Positions 1 to 9,610 of a stretch of DNA of 62,120 bases are shown here, one piece after another. Source of the DNA: Opitutaceae bacterium (GTDB lineage Bacteria; Verrucomicrobiota; Verrucomicrobiia; Opitutales; Opitutaceae); NCBI GenBank assembly GCA_023265535.1, contig JAHFTI010000005.1, positions 1-62,120 of the forward strand, read 5' to 3'. The position numbers and the translations under genes were made by a program. The notes beneath the pieces are model-generated. The model saw only the letters and a program-made list of their open reading frames with translations, did no database searches and was not told where the DNA came from. Positions within the stretch are counted from its first letter, which is position 1. Each line of letters begins with the position of its first letter.

Positions 1-522
1 GTTGAGCGCGGCCTGGGCGGCGCCGAGGTTGAGGCGGGCGACCTCGAGGCTGCGGTTCCAGATCTGCGGGTTCTGGGGGCGGTGCATGGAGGCGAAGTCG
101 CGCATCATGTCGATGGCGGCCTTGAGCACGTCACCGTTGGAGCGCTTGAGGAAGTACTCCTCCTCGGACTCCTGGGCGAGCTGGACGGGCAGCTTGCGGA
201 CCTGGATGAGCCAGTATTCCTCGTTGTGGCGGAAGGCGGTGACTTCCTCCTTGGTGAGGGGGGCGAACTTGGCGCCACTGGCCTTGTAGGCGTGGTGGAT
301 GACCGTGGTGAGGTTCAGGGCGAAGGAGCCGGCGATCTGGGAGTCGGGGTTCTTGTTGATGGTGGCCACGAGCATGTTGTAGAGCTCGGGCAGGTCCTTC
401 ATAAAGGCTTCGCTGTAAGAGTAGTTCCAGCCGCGCTTCTCGGACTTGGGATTATTCGGGTTTTGGGTGCACTCGGCGAGTGCCTCGTCGAAGCGATCGG
501 TGGAAACAGCGGGAATGGTCAT
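1..522 (-). CDS. hypothetical protein, N-terminal 174 aa only (gene runs off the left edge)
   Basis: Minus-strand frame opens with ATG at 522 (MTIPAVSTDRFDEALAECTQNPNNPKSEKRGWNYSYSEAFMKDLPELYNML...) and has no stop before position 1, which is probably why it is absent from the ORF track. Its composition is balanced, unlike the Gly/Arg/Ala-rich plus-strand ORFs 2..289 and 82..675. I do not recognise the family. Confidence 0.5.
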   Translation of the reverse strand, partial: MTIPAVSTDRFDEALAECTQNPNNPKSEKRGWNYSYSEAFMKDLPELYNMLVATINKNPDSQIAGSFALNLTTVIHHAYKASGAKFAPLTKEEVTAFRHNEEYWLIQVRKLPVQLAQESEEEYFLKRSNGDVLKAAIDMMRDFASMHRPQNPQIWNRSLEVARLNLGAAQAALN

Positions 523-836
523 GTTCGCGTGGGGGATAAAATGTCCTGGAAAAGGGAGTGGGGGGTTCCGCCTGGGCGGTGTGTCGAGCGGGGATTGCTA
601 GCTGGGAGGGCGGCGCACCGCAAGCGCGAGATGGAGGGGGGATGCAGAAAAGAAGCGTGCTTCGGGCTTCGCTAAAAAATGCGTGTCAGGGCGGAAAGTG
701 GCCCGGGGGGGGGGGCGGTCGGGGTCGGTGCCTGCGGGTGCTGCAGGAGGATTGCAGCGCCCGCGGGGCGCCTGAAACGGCCGGGGCATGGGGGCGGGGG
801 GCTCCATTGCCCGAGGCCCCCGTTGCCTGCCGCCAC

Positions 837-2153
837 TCAGCTTCGGTAGTCGGCGTTTTCGCTGACGTATTCGTGGGTGAGGTCGGCGCCGAAGACCGTG
901 GCCTGCTCGCTGCCGGTGCCCAGGTCGACCTCTATCTCCACGCAACGCTCGTGGGGCGGGTGGTGGATCGGGGCGGAGAAGATGCCGTCCGCGTCAGGCT
1001 TGCTGACATAGAGTTCGGCTCCCTTCAGGTGAGCGACGAGGGCGAGCTCCTTTTCGGGATTCAGGCGGAAGGCGCCGGCGGAGAAGATCTCGATGCCGCC
1101 GATGGAGGCGCGCAGGCGTGAGAGGTCCACCTGGAGGTTGTGGGCGCCGACGTGCTTGCCGATGGCCTGCACGAGGCGGCCGACGTTCGGGTCATTGCCC
1201 GCGACGGCGCATTTGAAGAGGGGGGCGTTGGCGATGGCCTTGGCGAGCGCGCGGGCGAGGGGGAAGCTGGGGGCGTTCCTCACCTGGATGCGCATGACGT
1301 GGCGTACCCCCTCGCCATTGCGGACGACGTCCTCGGCCAGATCGGTGCAGATCTGGCGCAGGGCGTTCTCGAAGGCGACGAGGTCCGGGCAGGGGACGAG
1401 GCCGGAGGAGACGGCGACGACGGTGTCGGAGGTAGAGGTGTCGCTGTCGATGGAGATGGAGTTGAAGCTGGTCTCGATGACGCGCGAGAGGATGGCGCGC
1501 AGCTGCTCGCGGGGCACCACAAGGTCGGTGAGGATGTAGACGAGCATGGTGGCCATGTTCGGCTCGATCATGCCGGCGCCCTTCGCGATGCCGACGATGC
1601 GACCGCCACCGAGCTGGACGCTGCGCAGCTTCGGGTAGAGGTCGGTGGTCACGATGCCCTCGGCGGCGGGCATCATGCTTTCCTTGGTGAGGGAGGCGAC
1701 GGCCTGGGGCAGGTGGGTGATGATGCTTTCCTCGGGAAGGCCCCAGCCGATGACGCCGGTGGAGGAGGGGAGGACCTGGGCGGGGGGCATGCCGAGCAGG
1801 CGGGCGGCCTCGGCGCAGATGCGGTTGGCGGTGTCGACGCCGCCGGGGGCGCAGACGTTGGAGATCTTGTTGTTGACCAGGATGGCGCCGATGGCGGGTT
1901 CGGCGAGGCGCGAGCGGCCGACGATGACGGGGGCGCCGGGGAAGGCGTTCTTGGTGAAGACGGCGGCGAAATCAGGGCTGGGCTTGTCCAGGGCGATGAG
2001 GGTGAGGGTCATCTTGGCGGGCTTGGGGGCCTCGCGCGGGACGAAGTCGAAGCGGGTGGTGCCGACGCGGAAACCCGCGGGCAGGGTGGCCTGGCTGGTG
2101 AGCCAGCTGCGGTGCGCTTCGGGACTGGTGAAGGTGAGGGAGGTGCTCGGCAC
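837..2153 (-). CDS. argJ: bifunctional ornithine acetyltransferase / N-acetylglutamate synthase
   Basis: C-terminal ~400 aa of ORF 837..2399 carry ArgJ hallmarks: LPAGFRVGTT near the N-terminus, GIAKGAGMIEPNMATMLVYILTD containing the autoprocessing Thr region, and DSDTSTSDTV. The ORF-track start is a GC-driven over-extension. I place the start at the in-frame GTG at 2153 (VPSTSLTF...), but this start is uncertain. Confidence 0.85.
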   Translation of the reverse strand: MPSTSLTFTSPEAHRSWLTSQATLPAGFRVGTTRFDFVPREAPKPAKMTLTLIALDKPSPDFAAVFTKNAFPGAPVIVGRSRLAEPAIGAILVNNKISNVCAPGGVDTANRICAEAARLLGMPPAQVLPSSTGVIGWGLPEESIITHLPQAVASLTKESMMPAAEGIVTTDLYPKLRSVQLGGGRIVGIAKGAGMIEPNMATMLVYILTDLVVPREQLRAILSRVIETSFNSISIDSDTSTSDTVVAVSSGLVPCPDLVAFENALRQICTDLAEDVVRNGEGVRHVMRIQVRNAPSFPLARALAKAIANAPLFKCAVAGNDPNVGRLVQAIGKHVGAHNLQVDLSRLRASIGGIEIFSAGAFRLNPEKELALVAHLKGAELYVSKPDADGIFSAPIHHPPHERCVEIEVDLGTGSEQATVFGADLTHEYVSENADYRS

Positions 2154-2385
2154 GAGTGGAAGGGATGGTGTGGGGGCGACACAAACGCAGGAGAGGCGCG
2201 GGGACAAGGGGGAAGAATGGAGGGGGGACGGCCCCGTCCGGGTGATAACGGTCACCCTGTGCACTGATAAATTCTTGGACTTCTCGAGGAACCGCTCCTT
2301 TCTCGTGTGCATCGCTGCGCCGGCCCTGTTCGGCGTTGCCTGTCGGCGTCCTTTCGCACCCTTCACCCCGCACCTCCCCAGCACC

Positions 2386-3123
2386 ATGGCCAAGTACAAA
2401 CAACAATACGACGCGCTCTGGGAGCGTATCCGTCATTCCGAGACCGCCCTGCAGCAGGCCGTGGGCGGCGAGTTTGAGGTGGTGGGCTACCTGGAGTTCG
2501 CGCTGCTGCGCCAGCTGGGGCTCAAGCCGGAGCATTCGGTGATCGATGTGGGTTGTGGCAGTGGGCGCCTGGCGGTGCAGCTGGCCCCCTGGCTCGATGG
2601 GCGTTACCTGGGGACCGACATCCTTCCCTCGCTGCTGGACCATGCGCGCACGCTCTGCGGACGCGAGGACTGGAGTTTCGTTGAGACCAATGGGCAGGAA
2701 ATCCCCGCGCCCGACGAGAGCGCCGATTTTGTCACCTATTTCTCGGTGCTCACGCACATCAACCATGAGGAGAGCTACCGCTATCTCGCCGAATCGAAGC
2801 GCGTGCTCAGGCCCGGCGGCATGATCGTGTGCTCCTTCCTGGAGTTCCTCATCCGCAGCCACTGGGGCATTTTCCGGGCCGACCTCCAGGATCGCAGCCC
2901 GGAGAAGGTGCTGAACCAATTCCTGAGCCGTGATGCCTTCCAGGCCTTTGCCTTCAACCTGGGCCTCGAGCTCGTGTGTTTCATCGATGGCGACAAGCCG
3001 ACGATCCCGATCGACAGGGAGCTGAACTGGTCGAACGGTGTGCAGATGAGGGGGCTGGGCAACCTCGGCCAGTCCGTGTGTGTGCTGCGCAAGCCGCTGG
3101 TGCCGCTGCCACTGCCGCTGTGA
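2386..3123 (+). CDS. class I SAM-dependent methyltransferase
   Basis: ATG at 2386 (MAKYKQQYDALWERI...). Contains SAM-binding motif I VIDVGCGSGRL, an acidic loop GTDI and post-motif LRPGGMIV. The upstream part of ORF 1645..3123 is antisense to argJ. Confidence 0.75.
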   Translation: MAKYKQQYDALWERIRHSETALQQAVGGEFEVVGYLEFALLRQLGLKPEHSVIDVGCGSGRLAVQLAPWLDGRYLGTDILPSLLDHARTLCGREDWSFVETNGQEIPAPDESADFVTYFSVLTHINHEESYRYLAESKRVLRPGGMIVCSFLEFLIRSHWGIFRADLQDRSPEKVLNQFLSRDAFQAFAFNLGLELVCFIDGDKPTIPIDRELNWSNGVQMRGLGNLGQSVCVLRKPLVPLPLPL

Positions 3124-3170
3124 GCAGGCGGGGCGGGGGGCGCGCGCAGGGAGGGCCTGCGGGGGCAGAA

Positions 3171-3205
3171 GGCTGTTCCATTTGGGGAACGGCCGCATTA
3201 TTTTA
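3171..3205 (+). terminator. possible intrinsic terminator after the methyltransferase gene
   Basis: GGCTGTTCC-atttg-GGGAACGGCC hairpin (one G.U pair) followed by gcaTTATTTTA. Confidence 0.35.
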
Positions 3206-3320
3206 TGGAAAAGCGGACCCGTGCTGCGCTAGTGATCTGGACGTTTGTTAGAACACGTGAACGGTTTTTTCCAACACACCCTCCACAACACGGCCCCCGG
3301 TCGTGCGAACTGACGCAACC

Positions 3321-4202
3321 ATGAAAGTTGAAGAGATCACGGCAAAAGCCAAGGTGCTGCTCGAGGCACTTCCCTATATCCAGGACTTCCGCGGCTCCAC
3401 CTTTGTGGTGAAGTATGGCGGCAGCTTCATGGACGATCCGAATCCCGAGGTGCGCAACCGCGTCGCCTATGACATCGCCTTCCTGGCGGCGGTGGGTGTG
3501 AACGTCGTCGTGGTGCACGGCGGCGGCAAGGCCATCACCAAGGCCATGGCCGAGTCCGGCCTGAAGTCCCAATTCATCAACGGCCTGCGCGTGACCGACG
3601 AGGCCACCGTGCAGATCGTCAAGAAGACGCTCGACCAGTCGGTCAATCCCGACGTGTGCGCCGCAATCGCCGGCGCGCGTGGCAAGCCGAGCGGCATGCC
3701 CGGCGACAGCGTGCTCATCTGCAAGAAGCTCACCGAGGACGACGACGGCAATACGGTCGACCTCGGCTACGTGGGCGACGTGAGCGAGGTGAAGGTGAAG
3801 ATGATCAAGAAGGAGATTTCCGAGGGCCTGATCCCGGTCATCTCCCCCGTCGCCGAAGGCGAGGATGGCAAGCCCTACAACGTCAATGCCGACACGGCGG
3901 CCGGCCGCGTGGCCAGCGCCCTGCGCGCACGGCGCCTGGTGTACATGAGCGACGTCCCCGGCCTGCTCTCCGACCCGAAGGACATGGATTCCCTCATTTC
4001 GACGCTGAAGATCAGCCAGGTGGACGACCTGAAGAAGCGCGGCATCATCGACAAGGGCATGCGCCCGAAGGTGGCCAGCGCCATCCGCGCCCTGCAGGAG
4101 GGCGTGCAGCGCGTGCACTTCATCGACGGCCGCCTGCCGCACAGCCTGCTGCTCGAGATCTTCACGGACAAGGGCATCGGCACGGAAATCGTGCACGGCT
4201 GA
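3321..4202 (+). CDS. argB: acetylglutamate kinase
   Basis: [23 protein letters not shown] and [10 protein letters not shown] motifs typical of ArgB. The ATG at 3321 is preferred over the GTG at 3303. Confidence 0.9.
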   Translation: MKVEEITAKAKVLLEALPYIQDFRGSTFVVKYGGSFMDDPNPEVRNRVAYDIAFLAAVGVNVVVVHGGGKAITKAMAESGLKSQFINGLRVTDEATVQIVKKTLDQSVNPDVCAAIAGARGKPSGMPGDSVLICKKLTEDDDGNTVDLGYVGDVSEVKVKMIKKEISEGLIPVISPVAEGEDGKPYNVNADTAAGRVASALRARRLVYMSDVPGLLSDPKDMDSLISTLKISQVDDLKKRGIIDKGMRPKVASAIRALQEGVQRVHFIDGRLPHSLLLEIFTDKGIGTEIVHG

Positions 4203-4460
4203 GCGGGCCTGCGCCTCCGTGGCGGACGAGTGCCTGCTCCCTCGGGAGGGCCGGCGCGAGGACGGGCGGGAGGCGGCGCAAGAGCAGGGGGAGGGCGGCG
4301 GGCAAGACACCCGTTGCCCAAAAATTCCTGGTTTTGCGAAAAGCACCGGCCGTTAAGTCAAATGAACACGGGGGGCGAGCAGTCCCCCTTCCAACAATAA
4401 CCGTCAGAGAACACCAGATCCAGGGTCGCGGGCCTGCGAGGGCCGGCGGCACACCACAAA

Positions 4461-5675
4461 ATGAACACCTCCATTGTCAGCACCCACACGGCAGAGCTTT
4501 ACGACGCGCATGTGATGAAGAACTATGCGCGCGCCCCGCTCACGTTGGTGCGAGGACAGGGTGCGAGGGTCTGGGATGACACGGGCAGGGGCTACCTCGA
4601 TTTCACCAGCGGCATCGCCGTGAGCGCGCTGGGCCATTGCCACCCGCATTGGGTGGCTGCGGTGCAACGCCAGGCCGCCGAGCTGATCCATGTCAGCAAC
4701 CTCTTCCGCAACCCCAACCAGGGCGAGCTGGCGAAGCGCATCGTGGACCGGGCCGGACCCGGCCGCGTGTTCTTCTGCAACAGCGGCGCCGAGGCCAACG
4801 AGGGCCTGATCAAGCTCGCCCGCCTGCACGGCAAGAAGAAGGCCGGCGACGAGGGCAAGTGCTACAAGATCATCTGCGCGAAGCAGGCCTTCCACGGCCG
4901 CACCTTCGGCGGCATGAGCGCGACGCCCCAGGAGAAGATCCAGAAGGGTTTCCGCCCGCTGGTGCCCGGCTTCGAGTTCGGCGAGCTCAACGACCTGAAG
5001 AGTTTCGAGGCGCTCATCGACGACAGCACGGCCGCGATCTTCGTGGAGACCGTGCAGGGCGAGAGCGGCGTCACCCCCTGCACGAACGAGTTCCTGGTCG
5101 GGCTGCGCGACCTGTGCAACCGCCACAAGCTGCTGCTCCTCCTCGACGAGGTGCAATGCGGCATCGGCCGCACGGGGACCTTCTACGCCTTTGAGCAGGC
5201 GGGCATCCAGCCCGATGCGATCGGCATGGCCAAGGGCCTGGGCGGCGGCATGCCCATCGGTGCGATCTGGGTGCGCGAGAATGCGGCGGAGCTGTTCCAG
5301 CCCGGCTCGCACGGCACGACCTTCGGCGGCACCCCGCTGGCCTGCGCGGCCGCGCTTGCGGTGCTCGACGTGATCGAGAAGGAGCAGCTGCTCGAGAACG
5401 TGCGCACCCAGGGTGCGGTGTGGCGTGCGGCGCTTGAGACGCTCGTCACCGAGTTCCCGGGCAAGGTGCTGGAGATCCGCGGCAAGGGCTTCATGATCGG
5501 CGTGCGCCTGAGCGAGGATCCCTCGGCCACGATCGCGGCCCTGCGCGAGGCCGGGCTGCTGGTGCCCGCCGCCGGCAACAACGTCTTCCGCCTCCTGCCC
5601 CCGCTCAATGCGACGGCGGCCGAGCTGGCCCAGTCCGTGGAGATCATCCGCGGCGTGCTGCGCGCCAAGGCCTGA
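4461..5675 (+). CDS. argD: acetylornithine aminotransferase (class III PLP aminotransferase)
   Basis: LDFTSGIAVSALGHCHP, FFCNSGAEANE, LLLDEVQCGIGRTG and HGTTFGG motifs. It sits among arg genes. Confidence 0.9.
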   Translation: MNTSIVSTHTAELYDAHVMKNYARAPLTLVRGQGARVWDDTGRGYLDFTSGIAVSALGHCHPHWVAAVQRQAAELIHVSNLFRNPNQGELAKRIVDRAGPGRVFFCNSGAEANEGLIKLARLHGKKKAGDEGKCYKIICAKQAFHGRTFGGMSATPQEKIQKGFRPLVPGFEFGELNDLKSFEALIDDSTAAIFVETVQGESGVTPCTNEFLVGLRDLCNRHKLLLLLDEVQCGIGRTGTFYAFEQAGIQPDAIGMAKGLGGGMPIGAIWVRENAAELFQPGSHGTTFGGTPLACAAALAVLDVIEKEQLLENVRTQGAVWRAALETLVTEFPGKVLEIRGKGFMIGVRLSEDPSATIAALREAGLLVPAAGNNVFRLLPPLNATAAELAQSVEIIRGVLRAKA

Positions 5676-5751
5676 GGCACCCGCCCCCTCCCCCGTGTCC
5701 GTGGGCGCTCCCGGGGCGCCCCAGCGGCCCCACGCAAACCATAGCAGCCAA

Positions 5752-5774
5752 GCGTATCCATGAATTTGATACGC
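5752..5774. repeat. perfect 7-bp inverted repeat GCGTATC-N9-GATACGC spanning the start codon of the next gene (member of the GTAT-N11-ATAC family)
   Basis: Read directly: gcgtatc catgaattt gatacgc. The ATG at 5760 lies in the spacer. Confidence 0.5.
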
Positions 5775-7118
5775 ATGGCCCTGTCCTTGCATGTGCGGCT
5801 CCGCGCACAGGAACCGTCTCCATCCACCCCGCCCGCCCCCTTCACGGCCAGCCTGGCGGTCCTGGCCCTGGTGTTGGGCCTTGTCTGCGCCTGTCCGGTG
5901 GCGCGGGCGTCGGCCTGGACGCAGGAGGCCTACGTGTGGCAGCGCAGCCCGCTGCCCGTGCTCGCGCTGGCGGCGCAGGAGGGCGCGCGGCTGGGGGCGG
6001 AGCCCGACGGCGTGGCGTTGCTGGCGGCAGAGGTCTCCTGGCGCGGAGGGCGCGCGGAGCCGGTGTATTCGGAAATCGACTACAGCAGCGCGCTGCTGCG
6101 CGGCTGCGGGCGCGTGGCGCTGGTGCTGAGGGCGGGGCCGTTTTCAGGTCCCTTCGACGCGGGGGCGCCGGCGTGCGTCTCGCTGCGCGGGGTGCTGCGC
6201 GAGGTGCTGCGGCGGGCGCGCGCGGGCGGCCTGGAGCCGGCCGAGCTCCAGGTGGACTTCGATTGCGCGGAGGCGCGGCTGGCGGGCTACGCGGAGTGGC
6301 TTCGCGCCCTGCGCGCCGACTGCGGCGGGCTTCCCCTTCACTTCACGGCGCTGCCCTCCTGGCTGGGGCGGCCGGCGATGGAGGGGCTGGCGGCCTCCGC
6401 CGACGGCTTCGTGCTGCAGGTGCACGCGCTTGAGAAGCCCTCCTCGCCGGGTGCGATCTCGCCCCTGTGCGAACCGGAACGTGCGCTCGGCTGGGTGCGG
6501 CGCGCGGGCGCGCTCGGCAGGCCCTTTCGCGTGGCGTTGCCCACCTATGGCTACCTGCTGGCCTTCTCATCGGAGGGGCGCCTGCTCGGCTTCACGGGCG
6601 GCTCGCGACTTCCCTCCTGGCCCGCGGATGCGCTGCTGCGCGAGCTGCGCGCCGCCGAGGCGGCGCTGGCGGAGCTTGCGCGGCGCCTGCGGGCGGACCA
6701 CCCCGACAGCTGCGTGGGGCTGCTCTGGTTCCGGCTGCCCGCCGCGGGCGATGCGCTGAACTGGCGCTGGCCCGCCCTCGCCGAGGTGCTGCGCGGGGGC
6801 GGGCCCGCAGCCCTGCCGCGAGTCAAGTGTATTCGAAAATCGGATACGACCTGGGAGCTCGTGCTCTCCAACGCCGGCACGGCGTCCTGCGTGCCCCCCG
6901 CGGAGTTCACGGTGTCGTGGCCGGCGGGCCTGCGCGTGGCGGGGGCGGATGCGCTGGGAGGCGCGACGCTGCGGCTCGTGCCGGGCACGCGTCGCGCTCT
7001 GTTCACGCTTCCCGCGCGCGAGGGTGCGCCCCTGCGCCTGGACCCGGGCCGCAGCCTCACGCTGGGTTGGCTGCGCCTGGAGGGCGAGGGGAGTCCTTTG
7101 GTGGAACCCGCCAATTGA
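5760..7118 (+). CDS. secreted DUF3142-like protein
   Basis: Has a signal peptide (LAVLALVLGLVCACPVARASA). AYVWQRSP, LQVDFDC and FVLQVHAL segments resemble what I recall of DUF3142 proteins. The C-terminal ~100 aa look like a beta-sandwich. The family assignment is from memory and is not verified. Confidence 0.6.
   Translation: MNLIRMALSLHVRLRAQEPSPSTPPAPFTASLAVLALVLGLVCACPVARASAWTQEAYVWQRSPLPVLALAAQEGARLGAEPDGVALLAAEVSWRGGRAEPVYSEIDYSSALLRGCGRVALVLRAGPFSGPFDAGAPACVSLRGVLREVLRRARAGGLEPAELQVDFDCAEARLAGYAEWLRALRADCGGLPLHFTALPSWLGRPAMEGLAASADGFVLQVHALEKPSSPGAISPLCEPERALGWVRRAGALGRPFRVALPTYGYLLAFSSEGRLLGFTGGSRLPSWPADALLRELRAAEAALAELARRLRADHPDSCVGLLWFRLPAAGDALNWRWPALAEVLRGGGPAALPRVKCIRKSDTTWELVLSNAGTASCVPPAEFTVSWPAGLRVAGADALGGATLRLVPGTRRALFTLPAREGAPLRLDPGRSLTLGWLRLEGEGSPLVEPAN
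6063..6090 (+). repeat. motif copy A: GTGTATTCGGAAATCGACTACAGCAGCG
   Basis: Shares GTAT-N11-CTAC and the tail CTACAGCAG..GCGCG with copy D at 26335. Lies inside the DUF3142-like CDS. Confidence 0.5.
6822..6850 (+). repeat. motif copy B: GTCAAGTGTATTCGAAAATCGGATACGAC
   Basis: Shares the 11-nt head GTCAAGTGTAT with copy D. Internally it is GTATTCG-aaaat-CGGATAC (a 7-bp dyad with one G.T). It sits in the same CDS as copy A but in a different codon phase. Confidence 0.5.
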
Positions 7119-7244
7119 CAGGTGGATGTGTGATATGGGCCGCGGGGCGCTTGCAGCGCGGTTGGCGAAGGCGTTTCCTAGTTGCGCCCGGGGCATGGTG
7201 TCCCGGGCAAACTATTTTTCGGGCGTTGTCGGGGGGCGATTGTC

Positions 7245-9500
7245 ATGAGCGAGGGGACCATGGGTGGCGTGCGGCTGTCCGTTGCGGGGCTGCGTATTCT
7301 GGTGTTGGGGGTGCTGTGCACCTGGGGTGTGTCCCCGGTGCCGCTGCAGGCTTGCGGGCCTTTTTTCCCGTCGACGATCCTCGACGAGGACACGCCCGCC
7401 GTGCTGGCCGCGCCACCGGCTCACCTGCGCAGCGAGCTCGCCGCCCTCTCGCTGGGGCGCGAGGCGCCCGTGCCCCCCTGCGTGGTGCACGGCGAACAGG
7501 GGTCCCTCCCGCTTGAGCTGGCGGAGTTGCGCGATCTGCTGCTGGCTCGCGGCGTGGAGTCCGCCGAGCGCACGCGCCTCGTCGAGGCCTATGCCCGGGT
7601 GCGCCGCAGCATGCGTGTCCTTGGCGACCCCGCGCAGGAGGTGCAGGAGCCACTCCAGGAGCGCGTCCCCGTCCAGCCGCCGCCGGGCGCCGCAGACGGT
7701 GCAGGGACGGAATGGGTGGATGCCGCTGCGTCGCCCGCCCCGCGCAGGCCCGACCTGACCCTGCCCCCGGAGTTGCCTCCCGAGTTCGGCCTCTACCTGC
7801 GCGGTGCCCAGGTCTGGCGCGAGGGCGACCTCGAGTTGGCGCAGCAGCACTGGCTCGCCTTGCTGGCCCTGCCGGAGGGCGAGCGCCGCCACCGCTCCGT
7901 GTGGGCCAGTTACATGCTGGGCCGCTGTGCGCTCGCCGGGATCACCGAGCGAAAGGGCGCCGAGTTGACGCGTGCCGCGGAGGAGGCCACGCGCTGGTTT
8001 GTGCAGGCACGCGCCCTGGCGGCGCAGGGCTTCCCCGACGTCGCCGGCCTTGCCTCCGAGAGCCTGGGCTGGGAGGGTAGGGCGGCCTTGGTCAGCGAGG
8101 ATTTTCCCCGCGCCTTTGCGCGTTACTTCGAGCAGCACCGGAGCGGCGACACCACCGCCTTCCAGTCGCTTCGCGTCAGCGCCTTCCGGGCCCTGAAGGC
8201 CGGTCCCGAGAGGCTGGGTGTGCTGGCGCGCGATCCCCTGTGCCGCCGCCTGGTGACGGCCTACCTGGTCAGCCGTTCCCTTGAGTCCGTCTATGACGAG
8301 TACAATGGCGACGGCCTCTGGGCCGAGCAGAGCAAGGCCTGGAGCACGGCCCTGAAGGTTCTGCCCCTTTCCCCGCTGCCCGAGGCGGACCGCCTGGCCT
8401 GGATCGCCTACGATGCCGGCGATCTCGAGGTGGCGCACAACTGGCTCGTCCAGTCCTCCAACGAGTCCCCTGTCACCTGGTGGCTGCGTGCGAAGCTCTC
8501 CCTGCGCGTCCAGGGCTCCCAGGAGCAGGCCGAGGCCTTCTATCGCGCCGCGCTCGCCCGTCCCGGGCTCGATGCCTTCCAGTTGAAACGCCTGCAGTCG
8601 GAGCTGGGTCGCCTTTGCCTGGCGCGCGACAAGTTCGAGGACGCCCTCTCGCTCTGGATGCAGGCGGGCGACTGGGAGGCCGCGGCCTACATTGCCGAGC
8701 GCGTGATTTCCGCGTCCGCCCTGCAGCAGTGGGTGGACGGCGAGGCGGACAAGCTGAAGCTCCCGCCCGAGTCCCTTGCCTCGTTGCGCCACCTGCTGGC
8801 GCGCAGGCTGGCCCGCGAGGATCGGGCCGGCGCCCTGAACTACTTCCCGCCTCCGCTCGCGGAGCAGTACCGCAGCTACCTGGCCCACCTGAAGGTGGCC
8901 CACAATTCGGGCAAATCCCCTCAGCAGCGCGGGCGCGCCTTCATGGCCGCCGCCCGCATTCTCCGCCACCAGGGCATGGAGCTCCTTGGCATGGAATTCG
9001 CCCCCGACGGCTTCGCCCACGGAGGGTCCTATCAGCTTCCCGACCGCGCCCAGGACAAGCGCGGCGACTACAACGACCCCCTGACCATGAGCTCCGAGGA
9101 GCGCGAGCGCCTGGCGCGTTATCCGCTGCCGCAGAATGGACGCCGCTTCCATTACCGCTATCGCGCCGCCGAGTTGGCCTGGCTCGGCATTTCACTGATG
9201 CCCAATGACAATGACGAGACCGCCGCACTTCTCTGCGAGGCGGGAGGCTGGCTGAAGGCCCGCGATCCTCAGGCGGCCGACCTTTTTTACAAGGCGTTGG
9301 TGGTGCGTTGCCGCCACACGCGCCTGGGGGAGCAGGCGGACAGCCTGCGCTGGTTCCCGCCCTCGCTGGGTGACGAGGGCTCCGCCCCCGAGAGGGACTG
9401 GGGTGTGCGCAGTTCCTGGCTCCTCGGCTGCTGGGCGCTCGCGATCGCCGTGCCAGTGCTCGGGACCCTGCTTTTCCGCCGCCTGCGCAGGCGTGCCTGA
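7245..9500 (+). CDS. TPR-like repeat lipoprotein with C-terminal membrane anchor
   Basis: ATG at 7245. A signal peptide ends in the lipobox-like PLQAC followed by GPFFP. The body is long, helical and Trp/Leu/Ala-rich. The C-terminus has a hydrophobic helix WLLGCWALAIAVPVLGTLLF followed by RRLRRRA. The antisense ORF 7212..9152 is rejected on composition. Confidence 0.6.
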   Translation: MSEGTMGGVRLSVAGLRILVLGVLCTWGVSPVPLQACGPFFPSTILDEDTPAVLAAPPAHLRSELAALSLGREAPVPPCVVHGEQGSLPLELAELRDLLLARGVESAERTRLVEAYARVRRSMRVLGDPAQEVQEPLQERVPVQPPPGAADGAGTEWVDAAASPAPRRPDLTLPPELPPEFGLYLRGAQVWREGDLELAQQHWLALLALPEGERRHRSVWASYMLGRCALAGITERKGAELTRAAEEATRWFVQARALAAQGFPDVAGLASESLGWEGRAALVSEDFPRAFARYFEQHRSGDTTAFQSLRVSAFRALKAGPERLGVLARDPLCRRLVTAYLVSRSLESVYDEYNGDGLWAEQSKAWSTALKVLPLSPLPEADRLAWIAYDAGDLEVAHNWLVQSSNESPVTWWLRAKLSLRVQGSQEQAEAFYRAALARPGLDAFQLKRLQSELGRLCLARDKFEDALSLWMQAGDWEAAAYIAERVISASALQQWVDGEADKLKLPPESLASLRHLLARRLAREDRAGALNYFPPPLAEQYRSYLAHLKVAHNSGKSPQQRGRAFMAAARILRHQGMELLGMEFAPDGFAHGGSYQLPDRAQDKRGDYNDPLTMSSEERERLARYPLPQNGRRFHYRYRAAELAWLGISLMPNDNDETAALLCEAGGWLKARDPQAADLFYKALVVRCRHTRLGEQADSLRWFPPSLGDEGSAPERDWGVRSSWLLGCWALAIAVPVLGTLLFRRLRRRA

Positions 9501-9610
9501 GCCTTGTTGAGACTGCGGGCGGCGGCCCGTCGCAGCGCACGCGGAGCCCTGGGCCGTTATTTTCTCCTCGTCCCCGTCATGCCCATCCGTCAGATTCTCC
9601 CTTTTCCCAA

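Noticed and set aside
1645-2385. N-terminal 247 aa of ORF 1645..3123, and the upstream 82 aa of ORF 837..2399
   Set aside because: These are over-extensions caused by the scarcity of stop codons. The extended parts overlap the opposite-strand gene and lack family similarity, so I chose shorter internal starts.
3206-3320. ARG-box-like operators upstream of argB (also checked upstream of argD, argF and argG)
   Set aside because: I could not find a TGAAT-N4-ATTCA-type palindrome by eye in any of these regions.
7212-9152. 646-aa minus-strand ORF, plus several 100-350-aa ORFs overlapping 5760-9500
   Set aside because: Their Arg/Gly/Ala/Pro-rich compositions are typical of off-frame translation of GC-rich DNA. 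The plus-strand frames give signal peptides and balanced composition.
9380-9500. Possible PEP-CTERM-type sorting signal at the C-terminus of the TPR-like protein
   Set aside because: A hydrophobic helix plus an Arg cluster is present, but there is no PEP tripeptide at the expected position (only APER about 9 residues upstream). I therefore treat it as a generic C-terminal anchor.
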